From Azolla caroliniana (Eukaryota > Plantae > Polypodiophyta), in assembly GCA_043228905.1 (NCBI GenBank), contig JBHGNT010000020.1, positions 682,001-746,000 of the forward strand: a DNA stretch of 64,000 bases. The letters are read 5' to 3'. Below, in pieces: positions 1 to 12,265 of the stretch; position 1 is the stretch's first letter, and each line of letters starts with the position of its first letter. A program made the translations under genes and the position numbers. The notes below the pieces were generated by a model. It was given only the letters and a program-made list of their open reading frames with translations. It was not told the origin of the DNA and made no database searches.

Positions 1-2717
1 GCCGAAAGGTCGATTTACTCGGTCGGTGATCTGTACTCGGGGTACGACCAGTTCCAGCTAGCCATGGAGAGCAGAGACATTACGACGATGCGAACTCCCC
101 TCGGCCTAGTGCGAATGTGTACCCTGCCGGTCAACAGAGTGACCATCCGGAACGCAGGAATTGGACCGACCATAGACGAGGTCGCGGAGGCCTTCGCCGG
201 AAGGTCGATTTACTCGGTCGGTGATCTGTACTCGGGGTACGACCAGTTCCAGGTAGCCATGGAGAGCAGAGACATTACGACGATGCGAACTCCCCTCGGC
301 CTAGTGCGAATGTGTACCCTGCCACAAGGAGGGACCAACACGGTGGCCCACATGGTGAATGCAATGAACAAAGTACTGAGGGATTGCATCCCGGACATCA
401 CCATGTCGTTTCTAGACGACATCCCTATCAAGGGGTGCCCGGTGGAAGAGAAGGACGAGACACTCGGGCCGGACGGATGCCGGCGATTCGTAGCAACACA
501 CATCGACGACTGCGAGAAGGTCCTACAAAGGCTAGAGGATGCGAGGCTCACCTTCTCCGGGGAGAAATCGGCCTTCGGGCAATCAGAAATCCTGGTGGTC
601 GGGCACCTATGTGGACCATATGGCCGGAAGCCGTCTCCTGCAAAGGTAGAAGCCATCTCCGCGATGAAGACCGACTATAGCTCGGTTACGGAAGTTCGGA
701 GGTTCCTGGGGGCATGCATGTTCTACCACATATGGATCCCGCATTACGCCCACGTTGCGGAGCCACTATACGGGTTGCTGAAGAAGGGGCAAAGATTCAA
801 GTAGCGAGACGAGCACACGGAGTCGGTCCGGAAGCTGAAGGAAGCTCTTGCGGCAGCACCGGCGCTCCGGAAGGCGGTCTACGAGAAGGGTACCCCGGTA
901 TACATAACGGTGGATACGAGCCCGACCGGGATCGGATGGGTCGTCAACCAAGAAGATGAGAACGGCATTCGGTTCCCGATCCGATTCGGCGCGAAGGTCC
1001 TCAGTGAGCGACAGCGAGGGTACGCCCAGGTTAAACGCGAACTTTGGGGTATCGTTTCGGCAGTAAAGGCCGACAAAGACTACCTGATCGGGACAGAAGT
1101 GATTATCGAGACGGATTGCCTGCCAATTCTCGGCATGGTTTCCGGATGCGCGACACCGGACCTGGCGATGCTCAGGTGGATAGCGTACATCAAGTCCCTG
1201 GACCCGGAAATACGGCACATTTCCGGAAAGGACAACGCCATGGCCGACATGCTTTCGAGGGCGAGGTTTGATGACGAGGGCGGCATGGTTTCGGAGGACG
1301 AAGAAGTCGGCGTGGACTTCTTCGAGGCAGCGTACGTGACGACCGATGGGACGAGCACTCAGGCACTTAACGACTTCAACGAGAGCAAGTACGACGGCGA
1401 GTGGCTCCGGATCGGTGGATTTTTTAGGACAATGACGCCGGATGCGTCGTGGACGAAGGACGAGGCCAACCGGATCCGGAAGAAAGCTTACCGATTCTTT
1501 CTCCAGGACGGATACTTTTGGAAGCACCCGAAGAAGAGGAACGGCGTCCCGCTCCGGGTGGTGGCGATGAAGGAAGAACAGGAGGAGCTGCTGACGGGCT
1601 ACCACGACAGCCCTTGGGCCGGACACCGTGGAACGTGGGTCACGTTCGAGAAGATAAAGGGGAAGTACTGGTGGCCAGGACTGTACCGGGATGTGCATCG
1701 GTTCGTGACGACTTGCGAGAGCTGTCAGATGCACTCCGTAGTCCGACATCGGGACGAGCTTCACCCTACGTACCCTCCGACCATCCACTTCAAATGGATG
1801 GTAGACCTGGTGACGATGCCGATGGGAGTAGGACAGATGCGGTATCTAGTCCTGGCTCGGGAAGATCTGACGAACCAGGTGGAAGGCCGAGCCCGTCAGA
1901 ACAAAACGACCACAGCCATATGTCGGTTCTTGATCGAGGACGTGATATGCCGGTACGGGTGCGTCGGGAAGATCGTGGCTGATCGCGGGGAGTTGGACGC
2001 CGAAGAGGCCGAGGAGCTGTTCGACCGGCTAGGAGTCAAGCTCTCGCTTACCACTGCGTACAATCCGGAGGCGAATGGGAAGGTGTCAAGGCGTTAGTTC
2101 GGGCATGCGGAGATCAAGTCGGGAACTGGCCGCGGCTGTTGCCTTACGCGTTGTGGGCGGACCGAACTACGCACAGTTCGGTAACCGGATTCATGCCGTC
2201 AGAGCTCATGTTTGGGCAGAAGCCGATCATGCCGATGGAACGTGCGATCTCCTCATGGGCAACCGTAGACTGGAGAAACGAGATGAGCCAGGAGGAACTG
2301 TTGACGGCGCGCATACGGCAGCTCGAGCGAAGACCGGAGGATGTGGAGCAGGCTGCGGAAAAGCTTCGGGTGGCAAGGACGAGGAACAAAGCCTGGTTCG
2401 ACCGGATGCACCGGCTCCGACCGAAGAAGATCGAGGAAGGCGACTGGGTGCTAGTCTACGACAGCAGCCTTGACAACCAGCACCGAGCGACACGGAAGTT
2501 CGCAAGAAGGTGGTTTGGGCCTTACGTGGTACAAAGCGCCAACGACAACGGGACGTACCATCTGGCGGAGCTCGACGGCGCAAGAATGGCGATACCGGTA
2601 GCTGGGAAGCGGATCAAATTGTTCAAGAAGCGTCACGACAACGAGCCGGATCCGGTGGGCCTGGACCGCGACGACGAACGATCCGAAACCGAGGAAGAAC
2701 CGACGGGCGGGGAATGA
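1..2717 (+). pseudogene. pol: Gypsy pol pseudogene (RT, RNaseH, IN)
   Basis: ORFs 64-804, 910-2097 and 2139-2717 are successive pol pieces. In-frame TAG at 802-804, a frameshift near 2090, and a 195-bp in-frame duplication inside RT. Confidence 0.9.
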
Positions 2718-2790
2718 AGGCTGGACCGGTTTTCTCCGTCCCGACTCAATTTGGCGCATGCCGGTGGATGCGCGGTTAGGTGGGGGCGGA

Positions 2791-3423
2791 TGTCGTGAAG
2801 AAAACTGTCCACAAGCGGAATCGGTGCACAGGAGCGTAGGAACCGGCTCTTCTCGAATGTTGTCCTTAGAAGATCCTAGGCGGGTAGATTTAGTGGGTAG
2901 GAAGTAAAGGGGAAACGGCTCCTTCCTTGCCTATAAAAAGGAGGGAGACGAGAAGGGGGAGGGGATCACGGAGAGTCGAGGACGAAGTGCTGTCGGTTTG
3001 CGTGCAAAGGCTTCTCTCTCTCTCTCTGGTTCGCAAACTCCATAGCTTCCTTCTGTGCAGGTTTTGGGAGGCTCGCGTTGCTCTGAGGAATGCCCGAGTG
3101 CTTCCGGCAGCACCTCCAACCTCTTCCTGTTTTTCTGTGCGTTTACGAACAAGTATCGGCATCTGTTCGCCGGCCTGTTCGGTTGTAGCCGACTTCGTGT
3201 TTTTTTTGTAGCTTCCGTGTTCTTGTTGTTGTCTTTGTTAATACATACATACATTCGTGTCTCTCTGTGTCGTTGTCCCACTCGCGTCTTTGTGTCGAAG
3301 GGCCATGTCCCTGTGAATCTACGCTCGCACGTAGTGGGTCTCTTGCCCTTTCTCTCTTGCTCTTCGGTACAGGACCCCTGAGCTCCCGCCTCATTCCACG
3401 CATCCGCGAGGAATACCTCGACA
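2791..3423 (+). repeat. 3' LTR of Gypsy element 1 (633 bp)
   Basis: TGTCG...CGACA termini, PPT directly upstream, TATAAAA at ~2932; clear similarity to the LTR at 3726-4383. Confidence 0.88.
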
Positions 3424-4383
3424 ACGGAAGTTTGCAAAGCGGTGGTTCGGGCCTTACGTGGTAACGAGCGCCAACGACAACGAGACGTATCACCTGGCGG
3501 AACTCAACGGTACGAGGATGGCGATACCGGTAGCAGGGAAGCGGATCAAAGCGTTCAAGAAGCGCCACGACGGCGAACCGGATCTAAGAGGCCTGGACAA
3601 CGACGACGAACAGTCCGAAACGGAGGACGAACCGATGGACGAGGAACCCGAACCCGAACCGGTTTTCTCCAACCAGAACCAAAATTTGGCGCATACCGGT
3701 GGATGCGCGGTTAGGTGGGGGCGGATGTCGTGAAGAAAACCGTCCCTTAGCGCAATCGGTGTATAGTGCGCGTGAACCGACTCTTCACGCGTGCGCGCCC
3801 TTTAATGTATATAATAGGGAATTAGGTACAAAGGAATATCCTAGGTAGTTAGATTCGGTAGGTAGGAAGTTAATGAGGGAAACGGCTCCCTTCTTGAAGT
3901 GATAAAAGAGAGGGAGACGCGGGGGGAAAGAGATATTTTTTTTTTTGGGAGGACGAAGTGCGGTCGGACGGAAACCGAACGCTTCTCCTCTGTTCGTTCG
4001 GGATCACTCTTCTCTGCAGGTTTTTGGGAGGCTCGCGCTGCTTCGAGGAACGCCCGTGTGCTTCCGGCAGCACCTCCATCCTATCCCCTTTCGTGCATAG
4101 ACGAGCAGGCATTGGCACTTGTTCGCCGGCCTGTTCGGTTGTAACCACTCGCGTGCTCTGTTGTTTATTTGTCATTCATTAATATACAAACATTTGTGTC
4201 TCTCTGTCTTTGTGTCCATTCGTGTCTTCTGCGTTGACAGGGCCGTGTCCATGTGTTTCTTTGCTCATACGTAACCGAGAGTCTCTTTCTCTTTCTCTTT
4301 CCCCCCTTCTATCACCTGCTCTTTGGTTCAAGACCCCGGTGGTCCCGCCTCGTTTCTCCACACACGTGCGTAGTAACGTGACA
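3424..4383 (+). mobile_element. 3' end of a related Gypsy element (integrase C-terminus, PPT, 3' LTR 3726-4383), interrupted by element 1
   Basis: 3424-3725 is homologous to ~2492-2790 (RKFAKRWFGPY...YHLAELNGTRMAIPVAGKRIK) with the same PPT GGTGGGGGCGGA; LTR TGTCGTG...CGTGACA. Confidence 0.88.
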
Positions 4384-4595
4384 ACGCTGTACTTCTGTCA
4401 GTCCCATGAGGACTTGTATAAATAGTGCTATTGAGCACGTTGTATGTACAGAGTGTTGATATAATTTTTTGAATTTAGATTCTTATTCTACTCTCTCTGT
4501 CTCTCCTGAGTACTCTCTATATTCTGTGTATCTCTCTCTCTCTGCTGCTACACAACCAAGTCGTTGTCTTACGCTTCCGCACATACGTTTTCACA
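4384..4595 (+). mobile_element. 3' half of another LTR, probably Copia-like
   Basis: TATAAATA at ~4416, CT-rich R/U5 region, ends CTTCCGCACATACGTTTTCACA. No second copy in the window. Confidence 0.5.
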
Positions 4596-5923
4596 TGTGG
4601 GTACATTGCAAAAGGTTCAGGAAAAAGTATAGAATGTTGGCGACGGTTTATGTCACTGCCACTACAAGATTAGGCGAACATACTCCATGGAATCAAGGGC
4701 GGATGGACTATGAGATCGGAAATCATTAACGATCTACTGATTAGGGAATCTGCTACTCAAAGGACGACAATGGAGAAATGGATAGGCCACGAGGAGGAGG
4801 GATCTCTGATCCCAAGAGGTAGGGGACCATCAAACAGGTTCAAAGGCTCTGAATTGCGAGACACTGAGACACCAATACAGAATAACACAATTTGAGTACT
4901 CGCGTATACTAGTCATAATGGATTGTAGATCCTGATTCAATCAAAGTACAACCCGAATTGCACATATGTACTCATGAAAACACATGGCTACATAAGGTCA
5001 GTTGGGACCCTTTGCAATGGACATGGCATGATCCCTATGCGGGGCAAGGAAGCAAACCCATCCCTTTCTTCCAATTCACAAGTAGATTGGGTCACCACTT
5101 TCTAGCTGCTCAAACCGCCTGAGAGCCGGTTGTTGCGAAGGTTTGGCTCACATTTCAAGTTCCTCCCACAATAATCACCAAGTTTGGCAGAAACTCTGGA
5201 AACAACAACACGCGAGGCGAATTACCACATTCCAATGGCTATTAATACATAAGTCCCTACCGGTGGGAGCATGGCAACGTGGGAACCTTAGCTCTCCTAA
5301 TTGTGTAGAGTGCCCACATGCAGTAGAATCAATACGACACGCTCTGTGGGACTGCCCAACATCCCATTGAATATGGCAGGGGTGTGGCCGCTTGTTGCAA
5401 TTATGACGAGTGCAAGGCTCAATCAAGTGGGGAAATATATGTTGGCTATCATGGCAGACCGCAATTGGTAGATACGAGCATCAGGAGGAGGGGATGACTT
5501 TGGTGATAAAAGCACAAGAGGTCTTTTTCTCCTCCAGCGGCAATGTCCACTCCACTCCTCTTAATGACAATTCTCAAGAGGTGTTGGAATTGGTCAGCCC
5601 AGTAACTCTTTGGATTCTATGGAAACAACGATGCAGGCGAGTCTTCGCCAACCAAACCACACATCCACCAAGGTTACTGCAAGAGATATGGAGTGAAATT
5701 GTAGCCACTCAGAAGAGCCAATATGATGGCCTTAAGGGTGGCTCCGAGGGAGTTGAAAGACAACGAATAGCCTTCATCCAACAATGGTCGTCCTCTCCCT
5801 TTCTTGAGTCAGTGGGCATCCACATAAGATGGAACTATCGCGTCCCTTCAAGGATTTGTACATAATCGTCTCATTTGTAAAATTTTATCACTAATGGAAG
5901 GAGCTTTTTTTTGGAAAAAAAAA
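4596..5923 (+). mobile_element. Degenerate L1-type LINE 3' end (zf-RVT region and short poly-A)
   Basis: ORFs 5143-5370 (LW...TFQWLLIHKSLP...CVEC...ESIRHALWDC) and 5410-5865 (LWILWKQRC..VF) match the LINE ORF2 C-terminal zinc-binding region. A-run at 5915-5923. Confidence 0.75.
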
Positions 5924-6086
5924 CACTCATTTGGCCACATACACATTTACTTTCATACGAAAAACCTACGTACCTCAACACAAATTCACATATGAGAATT
6001 CAAATGTGCCAAATTAATCATAACATGAAATTTGTTAGAAGGCCCCAAATTTGAATCCAAATCTCATCACATTTTCGTAAGCTATA

Positions 6087-6531
6087 GATAATAGTTTCGT
6101 TTCGTTTGGGATTCTCAAGTTCCTAACCTTAACCTAACCTGACAATTTAAGGAATCCTTAAACTTGAACCAAACCATTTATGTGATCGTCAACCTCAAAT
6201 TGTTTCAATTTCAACCAATTACTTATGAGTAACGTTGTTGTGGTTTGGTTTTGGCTCCAAATAAACTGTAGCCATTTGCTAATTATAACTTACAACTTAT
6301 AAATAATAATTTATAAGTTAATTTATATTTGTTCAATATTATTAAGATGAACTCTAAACCATTGAAATCGCATAGACCACAAACTATTAAATCAATGTAA
6401 TTTGAAATGGAATCAAACCTAACCATTTACACCCCAAGTCAAACCAAACCATTTTCTAACTTTGGAACTTAAGCCGAATTGAGTTGATTAGATAAGTCAT
6501 TAGGTCATGATTTCATGGTTGAACTATTATC
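6087..6531. mobile_element. Possible old MITE with AAACC/GGTTT-rich interior
   Basis: Inverted termini GATAATAGTT (6087) and AACTATTATC (to 6531), many internal AAACC motifs; no clear TSD. Confidence 0.3.
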
Positions 6532-7000
6532 AGTGACTATCCATAACATTAAAAGGTGATGATGTGATTATGGAGACACTAGAAGTTGTATTGCACATAA
6601 TTACTAAGGCAATTCACACCTCACTTCCTTAAATTTTGGCACAATTGGAGGATTATTTTGACTCATAATTTGTGTATAATGATACCTTCAACCTTCAACA
6701 AAGTGATAACAATGCATATATATAGCTATCTTCATAGCCCATGTGTACATTTGATGAACCACAACATGTTTTCACTAGCCAATCATCCAATTTATAGCAT
6801 GTCGTATCATATTCACATATAACTAGGGTGTGCCATGGACTATACATTGATCCCTTTATACCTTGTAAACATGCTCGACAACTAGCCAATTCTGCGTGCA
6901 AGCTCACATATGCTTGTGGGATGATATGATCCACACTTGACATTCTAATCATGTTGCTTGGCACATAATTTTCTCAAACGTAAGGTTGTGTTGATATATA

Positions 7001-7004
<4 letters not shown>

Positions 7005-7067
<63 letters not shown>
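7005..7067. repeat. (GT)n(GA)n compound microsatellite
   Basis: Read directly from the sequence. Confidence 0.95.
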
Positions 7068-7069
<2 letters not shown>

Positions 7070-7135
7070 ATATATACAAGTAATACATATTGGGTGAAAT
7101 TGGGTTGTTTTAAAAGAGCATATTGGTGTGTCACC

Positions 7136-7365
7136 CATGCAAATGGATTTCCATTTTGGATGTCTTCACCACCACCCAAGACATGCATATACCTATACTC
7201 ACAAAAAAGTCACAATCTTAATAACCACTTCTCAATCTCAATCTCTATCTCCATCCCTAATCTCTTTAGGGTGCGCCCTGCTCCATCAAAATCATCACAT
7301 AATCACTTGCTTTCCATCAAAATCCTCACATAATCACTAGAAAGCGAAATAGACGTGTATATAAA
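7136..7365 (+). promoter_or_regulatory. Steroleosin proximal promoter: two RY cores (CATGCA), an ABRE-like ACGTG and a TATA box
   Basis: CATGCA at 7136 and 7182, ACGTG at 7353-7357 abutting TATATAAA at 7358-7365, about 80 bp upstream of the ATG. Confidence 0.5.
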
Positions 7366-7445
7366 TACAATTTGATTCATTAAATCAATTCAATCTTGAG
7401 CTCATATCGTACATAATAAAGACAACCCCCACCCCCCTATTTGTG

Positions 7446-9422
7446 ATGATGGATCTCCTACAATCCTTCTTGAATGTGGTAGTTCCCGTTGTTGGGTTGT
7501 GCATGTTGTTGGTGCTATGGCCAGCCCTTGTGTTTCGAAGTCTCTTGTTGGGAGCATTCCATACCCTCTTCCCCGAGAACATGCGTGGGAAGATCGTCTT
7601 GGTCACTGGGGCCTCTTCGGGTATTGGGGAGGTATCGTACTCGATCTATATATCTATCTCTAATATCTCCATCTTCTTTTACTTGTGTTTCTTTCTAGTT
7701 TTTACCATGGAGTCTAAAAATTTTGGTTGGAATCCATTTAATAGTATGAAATGATTGGGAATCTATATATGGTGCAAGGAATCTTTTCTTGTTGACTTGT
7801 GGAATCTCAATCTTTGTGATAAATTGCATGTACATATTATATGCCTTAAGTGAATGAGTGCGTTTTCTAGGAATCCTTCTTGGTGATTTTGTAGATTGTA
7901 GAATTTGCTAATGAGCATATCATGAGATCATTTTATTTGGATTTTGGATCTTATAGAACTTGTTATAGTGGAGTGGAACACTACAATCGATCCAATCGAT
8001 CTTGCTTTCTCTTCATTTCTATATTCTTCCAATAATTTCGATTTTAGTCTTTATAAATCCATGATGATTGTGTTGTCTATAGCAAACGGCATACCAATAT
8101 GCGAAGAAGGGTGCGGTTCTTGTGTTGATAGCTCGTCGAGAGGATAAATTGCGGCATGTAGCAGATAATTGTATAAAGCTAGGTGCTATGGATGTACGAG
8201 CAATTCGAGCAGATGTGAGCAAGGAGGATGATTGTAGAAGATTTATCGAAGATACAGTGAACCAATATGGAAGATGTAAAAGTTTCTCTCTTATGTGCTT
8301 TTGGATCTTATATTTGTTTGTCTAAATCGAGATTATTTGTATGTTTTCATAGTGGATCACTTGGTGAACAATGCTGGAATAGCACATAACTTTATGTTCG
8401 AAGATGCCTTCGATTCTATAGGAATGAGCCAAATTTGGGTAAGTATATCTACTCTTGAGTTAATATCTACATTTTGTAGATGTTGATTAGATTGATTAAG
8501 TTTTGGTAAGCATAATCCTTTCTATAAGCAATATAATTGTACACTAGTATTCAAAAATATCTACATCAGTAGATGTTGATGGACACTAATGAGTTTTAAC
8601 GATATTGTGGGATTGACTTTTTATAGGGAACAAATTTTTGGGGTGCTGTTTACCCTACTTTCTATGCGCTTGAGCACTTGAAACGTACCAAAGGAAGGAT
8701 TGTTGTGCTTGCTTCAATGGCATCTTGGATGCCTCATCCCAGGATGAGCATTTACAATGTAAGAGGTTTGACATCTTGAAAGTGAAGTTTCTAACAAGTT
8801 TGAAGCAATGAGGTTTATTTGTGAGTTCATATAATGAGGTTGGTGGTATGTTGTAGGCTTCCAAAGCTGCATTATTGAACTTCTTTGACACATTGAGGAT
8901 TGAACTAGGGCCAAGTATTGGTGGTATCACCATTGTAACACCTCTTTTCATTGAGAGTGAAATGATGATGGGTAAATATATCACCGAGAAAGGCGAGATG
9001 GAATGGCATGAAGATCGTCGAGATGTATGTACTATTCATTAATATTCTATTTTGTTCATCAATATAAAGGTATTATGAGATGTTGTTCTTTATGCATCTT
9101 TGTTTTATAGATGTTAGTTGGAGCGGTCCCTGTTGCTTACGCAGAAGAATGTGCAAAAGCAATTGTGAGAGGTGCAACTAGAGGTTCTCGATATGTGAGA
9201 ACACCTTATTGGGGAACAATATTCCTATTATACAGAGTGTTTGCGCCAGAGATTGTGGATTTCTTCTTGTGCCTAATGTATGTCATGCTAGTTCCGGGTA
9301 GGAAAGACCATGCAACCCTAAGTAAAGTTATGACAGAAATTCCAGGTGTGAAGACATTGTTATATCCCTCGAGCATATGCCATATTCATGAGAGACAGAG
9401 ACGAAAAGCTATAAAGGCTTAG
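7446..9422 (+). CDS. HSD: Steroleosin / 11-beta-hydroxysteroid dehydrogenase-like SDR, 6 exons, ~358 aa
   Basis: Exons 7446-7631, 8083-8275, 8353-8438, 8627-8758, 8857-9024, 9111-9422; all introns GT-AG and phases consistent. N-terminal hydrophobic anchor with two prolines, TGASSGIG, LDHLVNNAG, YNASK (YxxxK), FFDTLRIE. Confidence 0.93.
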
Positions 9423-9744
9423 ATTGATCATTTGGTGTCAACGTAATACATGGGAAAGACATTAGATCGATCATTAGTCTATATAGAAATAATAACTTGC
9501 TCAAATTGAACCTTTTGAGAATGTGATGTGGCAAGTAAACAATGTAATTACACTTAGGTTTTACAAAATGTATAGAAGTGTCAATATGGTTGATATCTAA
9601 GTCATGTTTGAGTCATTTGATATTTTATTAAAAAGTGCCAATTAGGCACATGAATCATTTGATATTTTATGAAAATAAAGCAACCTTTTAAATCCTATCG
9701 TTAATGGGAAGATAATTTAATTTTCATTCTTTTTGAGTTACAAG

Positions 9745-10108
9745 TAGTGATCGTAACGGTTCGGTTTAGGCTTAGCCGGAACCGTTTTGGGGATCTCAAA
9801 CCTGAACCGGTTCACAAACCAGTTTAGTCCAAACCGGACAAGGGGAGAGAGAGAGGTTTCCAAGCTGAACTAGTGCACAAACCGGTTTAGCCTAAACCGG
9901 TTTGTGAACCGGCTTGGAAACCGGTTTCCAAACCGGCTTGGAAACCTCTCTCCCCCCCTCTCTCTGTCTCTCTCTCAAGTTTTTAAATGGCTTAATCGGC
10001 TTGAGCCGGTTTGGCGAGGCTCAAGCCAACCCCAACCGAGCCACTAAGCTGCTTTAAGCCAGCTAAGCCAAACGGTTTAGGCTTGAGCCGAGCCGTTGTC
10101 GATCCCTA
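9745..10108. mobile_element. Non-autonomous hAT element (MITE)
   Basis: Imperfect TIRs TAGTGATCGTAACGG / CCGTTGTCGATCCCTA, 8-bp TSD GTTACAAG / GTTATAAG (7/8), many AACCGG subterminal motifs. Confidence 0.8.
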
Positions 10109-11049
10109 GTTATAAGTTCAATGCATTAAAGAGCACTAGTGGAAACTTGATGAACCATTTCAAGGGAGAGTTTTTTTGGTATGGATCTGAGACCATCTCA
10201 TATCAACATTAATTGAGTTTTCTTACCAAAAAACATTATTTGAGTTTTCTTTATATGGATTTGAGATTGTCTCATATCAACATTAATTGAGTTGTCAAGT
10301 TGTTGCAACAATGGTCCATAAATTTTGATTGTTAAAAGAACATTGTAGTTGAATGTAAACGACATTCTAGAGAATATGCACATATTTTTCATCGACAACT
10401 TGTTATAGAAACATATGAACCTTGTAAATGTCGTGATCCATATAATTGCATTGCATGCGACCATTAATATTTTTAGATCACAGAATTGATGCTTGAAATT
10501 AATTGTTTTTCTCACTTGATTTGATTGTCAAGATGGGTGCTTAATTTCGTAGACTTGTAGGTTGGGGGTGTCCTCTTGAACTATATATCTATTAAGGTTG
10601 TAGTATAGCATGAAACATGCACTAAAGATAATTCAAGAAGAGGGGGAGTATTTGAAGGACATAACTCGTTTACGTAAACTTGACCTAAAGTATTAACCAC
10701 ATGTCGTATGAGTAAATAGTAAAACCTTTAGACATTATTTTACAGTCGACATTAGTATATAAACAAATGACTTGGCTCGAAGGGTTTGGCTCTACCCTCG
10801 TGAAGTGCATTTATTATTGTTATCATGTTCTACTTGTTATTTACAAGACAAGAATACATGGCAATCATAATAATCAAATATACGTAACAAATCATACATG
10901 ACATTCTTGAAACTCTAACATATATGGGTGGAGAATCGATAGGCACATTGCAATTTGTTCTAATTTCTAGGGTATAGAAGGCGTGGCCATAATGTAAAAT
11001 AGGTTGAAATTTTTATGGAAACTCACTATGCTAAAATTCAAGGAAAAAC

Positions 11050-11286
11050 TTGTGTTTATGGAAAATCCTTAATCACAAGCTGTTACAATATAAAGGGATC
11101 CATTTGTACATATTATTATACATGATGATTTACACAATTGTTTGCTTCCCATGAATGATCTTGAGGGAAAGAAAATAACAAATTCATGGGTCTTTATATT
11201 GTAGCGGCTTGTGATGAAGGATTTTCCATAAACACAATTGTTTGCTTCAAATGATCATATATTGAGGGAAAGAAAATAACAAATTC
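11050..11286. repeat. Inverted repeat (~52-bp arms) overlapping a ~54-bp direct repeat
   Basis: 11050-11102 is the near reverse complement of 11187-11237; 11132-11185 recurs at 11232-11286. Confidence 0.8.
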
Positions 11287-12233
11287 CGGGGTATTTTGGG
11301 TCTTTTCCGTATGATTTTTTTTTTTCCAAAAAACCACTACTTCGCATTAGTTAGCAAATAGAATACAACAAAGTTTATCCAAATCCACAATGGGATCAAC
11401 ATATACAACTTGGAGAAACAACTCCAAAACTATCAACCAAAAACAGCAAAAAAAACTCAACCGATCCTTAACTCAAGCAAAATTGAATTAAACCCTATTT
11501 TTCCGTATGATATTTTTGGAGCTGAGGAAGAAAAAAAAGCTAACTTTAAAACCAAGGTCTTTTAAGATACAAAACTTTATGGCCAACAAGGATAACAATG
11601 ATATAATGAGATAGATACATTAGATCCTACCAAGAGGGCAAACCAAGGTCGTGTCAAGCTCATCAACCAAGCCCAACACACCTTGGGTTTGCCCCATTGG
11701 TAGTAACATACTCTTATTCACTTATTAGGGTTATACGACAAAAAAATTTTAACTACACTACACAGAGTCGATATTTATATCTTACACAAGGTGGTGTGTC
11801 ATTGATATTTGCTCTATACATATGCATACATGAATGTATAGCTACCATGAATTCCAAGTTATCTTCTAATTCTTTTGTAGCCCATTTCAGAGTTCTAACT
11901 AACACGCCCTATTTTCGATTCTAAAGACAAATATACAAGGATTTTCAATGAATTTGATTTACGTACATTCCTATCGATATCTATCTATCTATCTATAATA
12001 TAAGATCCTTTTGTGTGTCAATGGGTCTTTTCAAGACCATGTTTGCATTCCACTGTACAACATAGTTAAAAAAACTTGTTCACGTGTTATGTTATGTGTA
12101 GACAAATAGATTATTTTACAATGACCAACCATGAATAAACTATCTTCCTCAACAACTTTGCACTAAGGCACCTTAGAAAGAGTTGGTAAATGTGGATGTG
12201 ACGTCTTTCGTTAAATTGGTTATATACCTCCAA

Positions 12234-12265
<32 letters not shown>

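Larger units (their letters stand above)
1..3423 (+). mobile_element. Ty3/Gypsy LTR retrotransposon (non-chromovirus type), 3' part: RT-RNaseH-integrase, PPT and 3' LTR; 5' end lies outside the window
   Basis: RT motifs (DLYSGYDQF, LPQG, FLDD), RNaseH (DTSPTGIG, KRELWG, DNAMADMLSR), integrase HHCC (H-DSPWAGH...CESC) and core (WMVDLV, VADRG, AYNPEANG), and a WFGPY (GPY/F) tail. Purine-rich tract at ~2777-2790 followed by LTR TGTCG...CGACA at 2791-3423. No chromodomain. Confidence 0.93.

Noticed and set aside
210-2779. Long antisense and alternative-frame ORFs (e.g. 766-1788 -, 1449-1982 +)
   Set aside because: Shadow ORFs of GC-rich pol with no independent motifs.
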